DNA from: Prasinococcaceae sp. CCMP 1430 | Taxonomy: Eukaryota > Plantae > Prasinodermophyta | Direction: 5' to 3' | Assembly: GCA_013416795.1 (NCBI GenBank) | Contig: RQSC01000150.1 | Span: forward strand, 1 to 55,775 | DNA length: 55,775 nt | Part shown: positions 52,433 through 55,775 of the stretch, in pieces | Numbering within the stretch: the first letter of the stretch is position 1 | How the letters are laid out: every line of letters begins with the position of its first letter | The notes under the pieces: model-generated | Databases searched by the model: none | What the model was told of the DNA's origin: nothing | What the model saw: the letters and a program-made list of their open reading frames with translations, nothing else | Position numbers and translations under genes: made by a program

Positions 52433-52986
52433 NNNNNNNNNNNNNNNNNNNNNNNNNNNNNNNNNNNNNNNNNNNNNNNNNNNNNNNNNNNNNNNNNNNN
52501 NNNNNNNNNNNNNNNNNNNNNNNNNNNNNNNNNNNNNNNNNNNNNNNNNNNNNNNNNNNNNNNNNNNNNNNNNNNNNNNNNNNNNNNNNNNNNNNNNNNN
52601 NNNNNNNNNNNNNNNNNNNNNNNNNNNNNNNNNNNNNNNNNNNNNNNNNNNNNNNNNNNNNNNNNNNNNNNNNNNNNNNNNNNNNNNNNNNNNNNNNNNN
52701 NNNNNNNNNNNNNNNNNNNNNNNNNNNNNNNNNNNNNNNNNNNNNNNNNNNNNNNNNNNNNNNNNNNNNNNNNNNNNNNNNNNNNNNNNNNNNNNNNNNN
52801 NNNNNNNNNNNNNNNNNNNNNNNNNNNNNNNNNNNNNNNNNNNNNNNNNNNNNNNNNNNNNNNNNNNNNNNNNNNNNNNNNNNNNNNNNNNNNNNNNNNN
52901 NNNNNNNNNNNNNNNNNNNNNNNNNNNNNNNNNNNNNNNNNNNNNNNNNNNNNNNNNNNNNNNNNNNNNNNNNNNNNNNNNNNNNN
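52433..52986. other. Scaffold gap
   Basis: Run of N. Confidence 0.99.
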
Positions 52987-53407
52987 CCGCGGCAGCGGCG
53001 GCGGCGGCGGCGGCCCGCGCACGGGATGGGCCGCGTACGGCGTGGGCGTGCTGCACGGCAGCGCGGGCACGGGCCACCTCTTCGGCGTGCTTCCGAGCCT
53101 CGCGCTGCCGCCGTTCCTGGCGGGCGTCTTCCTCCTGAGCTACCTGCTCGCGGCGGTCGCCATGATGTCCTCGGTGGGCTTCATGCTCGGCCGCATGGTG
53201 CGCTGGGGCGGCGCCCGCGCGATCAGCCTGCTCACGCTGGGCAGCGGCCTGCTCGCGGTGTGCATCGGGCTCTACTGGGTGGCGGCGTCCGTGTCGCACC
53301 CGGCGAGCGAGTTCGACGAGCGCACAGGCGGCGGCGGCGGCGGCGGCGGCGGCACTGCAAGGGACTTCGCCGCCGCGTCGCTGGTGGCGGCGCACGCCGC
53401 TGGATGA
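52987..53407 (+). CDS. UreH/NicO-like nickel/cobalt transporter, C-terminal fragment
   Basis: GVLHGSAGTGHLFGVLPSLALP followed by two further hydrophobic helices; TGTAA lies 21 nt after the stop. Confidence 0.62.
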
Positions 53408-53589
53408 TCGCGTAGGGACGCGCCATCTGTAAATATGTACCGTACTACTGGTGTGTACAGCGCAGACACGTAACACGCATCCGCACGCCACGCATGCCTC
53501 CCCTCCCAGCTCCCCTCGCGACCAGGGGCAGGCTCATGGCCGCCCTCGCAAACGCATGTGCACGCACATGATTCCATTCGAAAGCCTGC

Positions 53590-53684
53590 ATTTTTTTTAA
53601 ATTTAAAAATTAAAAATACTCAAATTTTATATTAAAAAAGTTAAAATATGAAAATATAATTTAAAAGAAATTAAAATTATTATA
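53590..53684. other. ~95-bp almost pure A/T island
   Basis: TTTTTTTTAAATTTAAAAATTAAAAATACTC... embedded in a GC-rich background. Confidence 0.9.
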
Positions 53685-54083
53685 GGGATCTGCGGCTAGG
53701 TAAAACGCATGCGGCGGGTGCGGCGGCCGGCGCGGGAATAAGGGCCTCGCGGGCGGCATTTAGGACCCGGGGGCGGAATTAAGGTCGAGGGGTGGGAATT
53801 AAGGTCGGTCCGTTACGAATTAGGATTGGCGCGCGCGCCGGGGGTGGGTGGGTGAGCTCATGGACGGCGTGCTGTGCATGGCGGGCTTTTTTACCACGTC
53901 GTAAAAGTACCGATTGAGAAGGCTCCTCCGGCTTGGCTGCCGTACAGCGCGGCGTCGGGGCGTGAGCGCGCGCGCGCGCGCGTGCTGCCTGAGAGCACGA
54001 GAGACAGAGAGAGAGAGATAGTCTCACCTTTTGCTCGACGGGGGGGGGGGGAAACCCATCCACGGACGCGAGACCGTCCGTAG

Positions 54084-54292
54084 CTTTCGCGCGGATCCAA
54101 CACGACACTGCAGTCGCTCGACCTAAGCGAAAAAAGATCGGCGCCGTTGGCGCCGCAACAACCGGCACGGTTCTCGGCATCAACTCGACAATGCAGTCGC
54201 TCAACATGAGCAAAAACCGCATAAGCATCAAGGGTATCGCGACAATCTGCAAGGGGCTCGGCTCTAACACGGCGCTGCAGTCGCTCAACCTA
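54084..54292 (+). pseudogene. RNI-like 28-aa LRR segment, truncated
   Basis: SNTTLQSLDLSEKKIGAVGA..INSTMQSLNMSKNRISIKGI..SNTALQSLNL, then the repeat pattern is lost and a stop follows. Confidence 0.7.
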
Positions 54293-54640
54293 AGGGCCTC
54301 GGTACCAACGCGAAGCTTTTGTTGTAAGCCTCAACTGAACGCCTAAGCCACAGTCAGCGCTGCCGTACACAGCCTCCTCGCTACGCGCACCGCCGCCAGC
54401 AGCGCTACCGTCCACGGCACCGAAGCCAGCGCCGTCAGCGACAGCGCCACTAGACGCCCCCGCTTGACTGTTACCTTCCTGGCCCGCACCGCCGCTACCC
54501 GGCCGGCTAACGAGGGCGGCGAGCACCATGTCGAGCTTGCGTTCGAGCTTGTTCATGCGGGCTTGCATGTCTCCGCCAGCGGTACCGGCGCTCCTTTCAG
54601 GCACGACGAGTTCTACGCGCTCGTTTTGCCAGCCTCCTGC
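54290..54640 (-). other. Antisense coding-like fragment with a coiled coil inside the LRR locus
   Basis: MQARMNKLERKLDMVLAALVS.. preceded by an AG acceptor; the stop coincides with the LRR junction. Confidence 0.4.
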
Positions 54641-54872
54641 CTGCTACGCCGTCAAGAGAATCGGCAGAGCGCAGGCGTGCGTCGTGCACAGCAGCCGTGC
54701 TCTCCGCAGGCCCTCCGCTGTGGGGTGGTGGTTGGGCGCGCGCGCGCGGCATTCTTCATTCGGCGACCTGCGCGAGCGCGCGCGGGCAAGCCTCGAGCGA
54801 TGATGTTCATTTATTCTGTGCCCTTCTAGTGATATTCTTCGCTCTGTTTAGATCTCTTTCTACGAAGTTCAG

Positions 54873-55200
54873 TCAACCTCTCCACCCCTCATTGCGTGCG
54901 CCCTTCTTCTTGTTCTCCTTCTTTTCTTTCTTCTTCTTCTTGACTTTGCCGTGGTTCACCTCCAGGTTGCCAAAGTTATTGCCAACGGCGGTGCTGTTGC
55001 CCTTGCTTGTGACACGCTGATTCTTAACCCGCATGCTCCTCCTGGTCGCCTTATCGGAGAGCTCCCTCGTCGCCTCGCCGATGGCAGCGATCACCGCCTC
55101 TTTCAAGGCCTCGACCTCCTTCGCATCGATTCCTGACCCCTCCATCGACGACCTTTCTGCCTGCCTGCTAGCATTCAGATTCAGCTGCTCCAAGGCGCCT
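54873..55200 (-). other. Antisense coding-like C-terminal fragment (Lys-rich) inside the LRR locus
   Basis: LEQLNLNAS..KEVEALKEAVIAAIGEATREL..KVKKKKKEKKENKKKG*, followed by an AT-richer 3'UTR-like stretch. Confidence 0.4.
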
Positions 55201-55211
55201 TCGAGCCTTCA

Positions 55212-55775
55212 TTGCAGTCACTCAACCTCAGCACTAACCACATCAGGGCCGCGGGCGCCGTGGCGATCGGCAAGGACCTCGGCTCCAACACGACACTCCA
55301 GTCCCTAAACCTCGGGAGCAACTACATTGGCAACAAGGGGGCCAAGGCGATTGCCAACGGCCTGAAGTCCGACAAAGCGCTAAAGTCGTTACACCTCTAC
55401 GTCAACTCCATCGGCGCTGCTGGTGCCGAGAAGATCGGCGACGCCCTGCGCTCAAACACGACGCTGCAGTCACTCTACCTCGGTGGCAATTCCATCGGCG
55501 CTGAGGGTGCCACGAAGATCGGCGAGGCTCTACGCTCCAACGTGACGCTGCAGTCACTCGATCTCGGCGGCAACGCTATCTGCAACAAGGGCGCCGCGGC
55601 GATCGGCAACGGCCTCGGCTCCAACACGACGCTGCAGTCGCTCAACCTCAGCGAGAATAACATCGGCGCCGAGGGCGCCGCGGCGATCGGCAACGGCCTC
55701 GGCTCCAACACGACGCTGCAGTCGCTCAGCCTCAGCGAGAATAACATCGGCGCCGAGGGCGCCGCGGCGATCGGC
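55212..55775 (+). CDS. RNI-like/NLRC3-like LRR array (84-bp units), running off the window
   Basis: LQSLNLSTNHIRAAGAVAIGKDLGSNTT.. repeated. The last two units are almost identical in DNA (GGCGCCGCGGCGATCGGC at 55590, 55674, 55758). Confidence 0.88.
   Translation, partial: MQSLNLSTNHIRAAGAVAIGKDLGSNTTLQSLNLGSNYIGNKGAKAIANGLKSDKALKSLHLYVNSIGAAGAEKIGDALRSNTTLQSLYLGGNSIGAEGATKIGEALRSNVTLQSLDLGGNAICNKGAAAIGNGLGSNTTLQSLNLSENNIGAEGAAAIGNGLGSNTTLQSLSLSENNIGAEGAAAIG

Noticed and set aside
55590-55775. Regular repeats (84-bp units; also the 9-mer array at 25810) as CRISPR-like arrays
   Set aside because: No unique spacers; these are coding LRR units or a simple minisatellite in a eukaryote, with no cas genes.

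Overview
Very GC-rich eukaryotic nuclear DNA from a draft assembly (N gaps at 5223-5239, 20859-21104, 52433-52986; single Ns at 29693 and 38174). It is gene-dense, with about 25 protein genes and short GT-AG introns (GTGCG/GTGAG donors, CTGAC branch points, frequent (CG)n tracts). TGTAA poly(A) signals, AAACCCTA telo-boxes, plant-type ATP synthase g, MSI4, AP2/ERF, YABBY, HPAT and TBL point to a green-lineage, prasinophyte-grade microalga (inference). Genes in order: PAP2 phosphatase, ERG2/sigma-1, MFSD5/MOT2-type transporter, FAD synthase fragment, tandem cNMP-binding protein, MSI4, MCM7, ATP synthase g exon, LMW-PTP, cytochrome b5/EF-hand/IQ protein, LIM-DA1 peptidase, HTTM-like protein, TOP1, V-ATPase D, WW-zincin, EamA transporter, DnaJ-like Zn-finger protein, TIM-like protein, THOC6, choice-of-anchor I/SMB/dockerin protein, TMEM65-like, AP2/ERF, TRAF-Zn-finger protein, PAN-HPAT, TBL, YABBY, UreH/NicO-like fragment and an interrupted LRR locus. 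Best leads: (1) a TIM pseudoenzyme lacking its catalytic Glu and Lys; (2) a secreted bacterial-type phosphatase-family protein with a type I dockerin; (3) a ~200-300 bp element shared upstream of two adjacent cell-wall-modifying genes; (4) an ATP synthase g exon that splices in frame to LMW-PTP; (5) opposite-strand coding segments meeting at (GCC)n tracts, one with a palindromic double start codon; (6) an LRR array broken by antisense coding fragments; (7) a tandem pair of putative structured ncRNAs. Several of these could be assembly chimeras. All family calls are by motif recognition only, with no database search.
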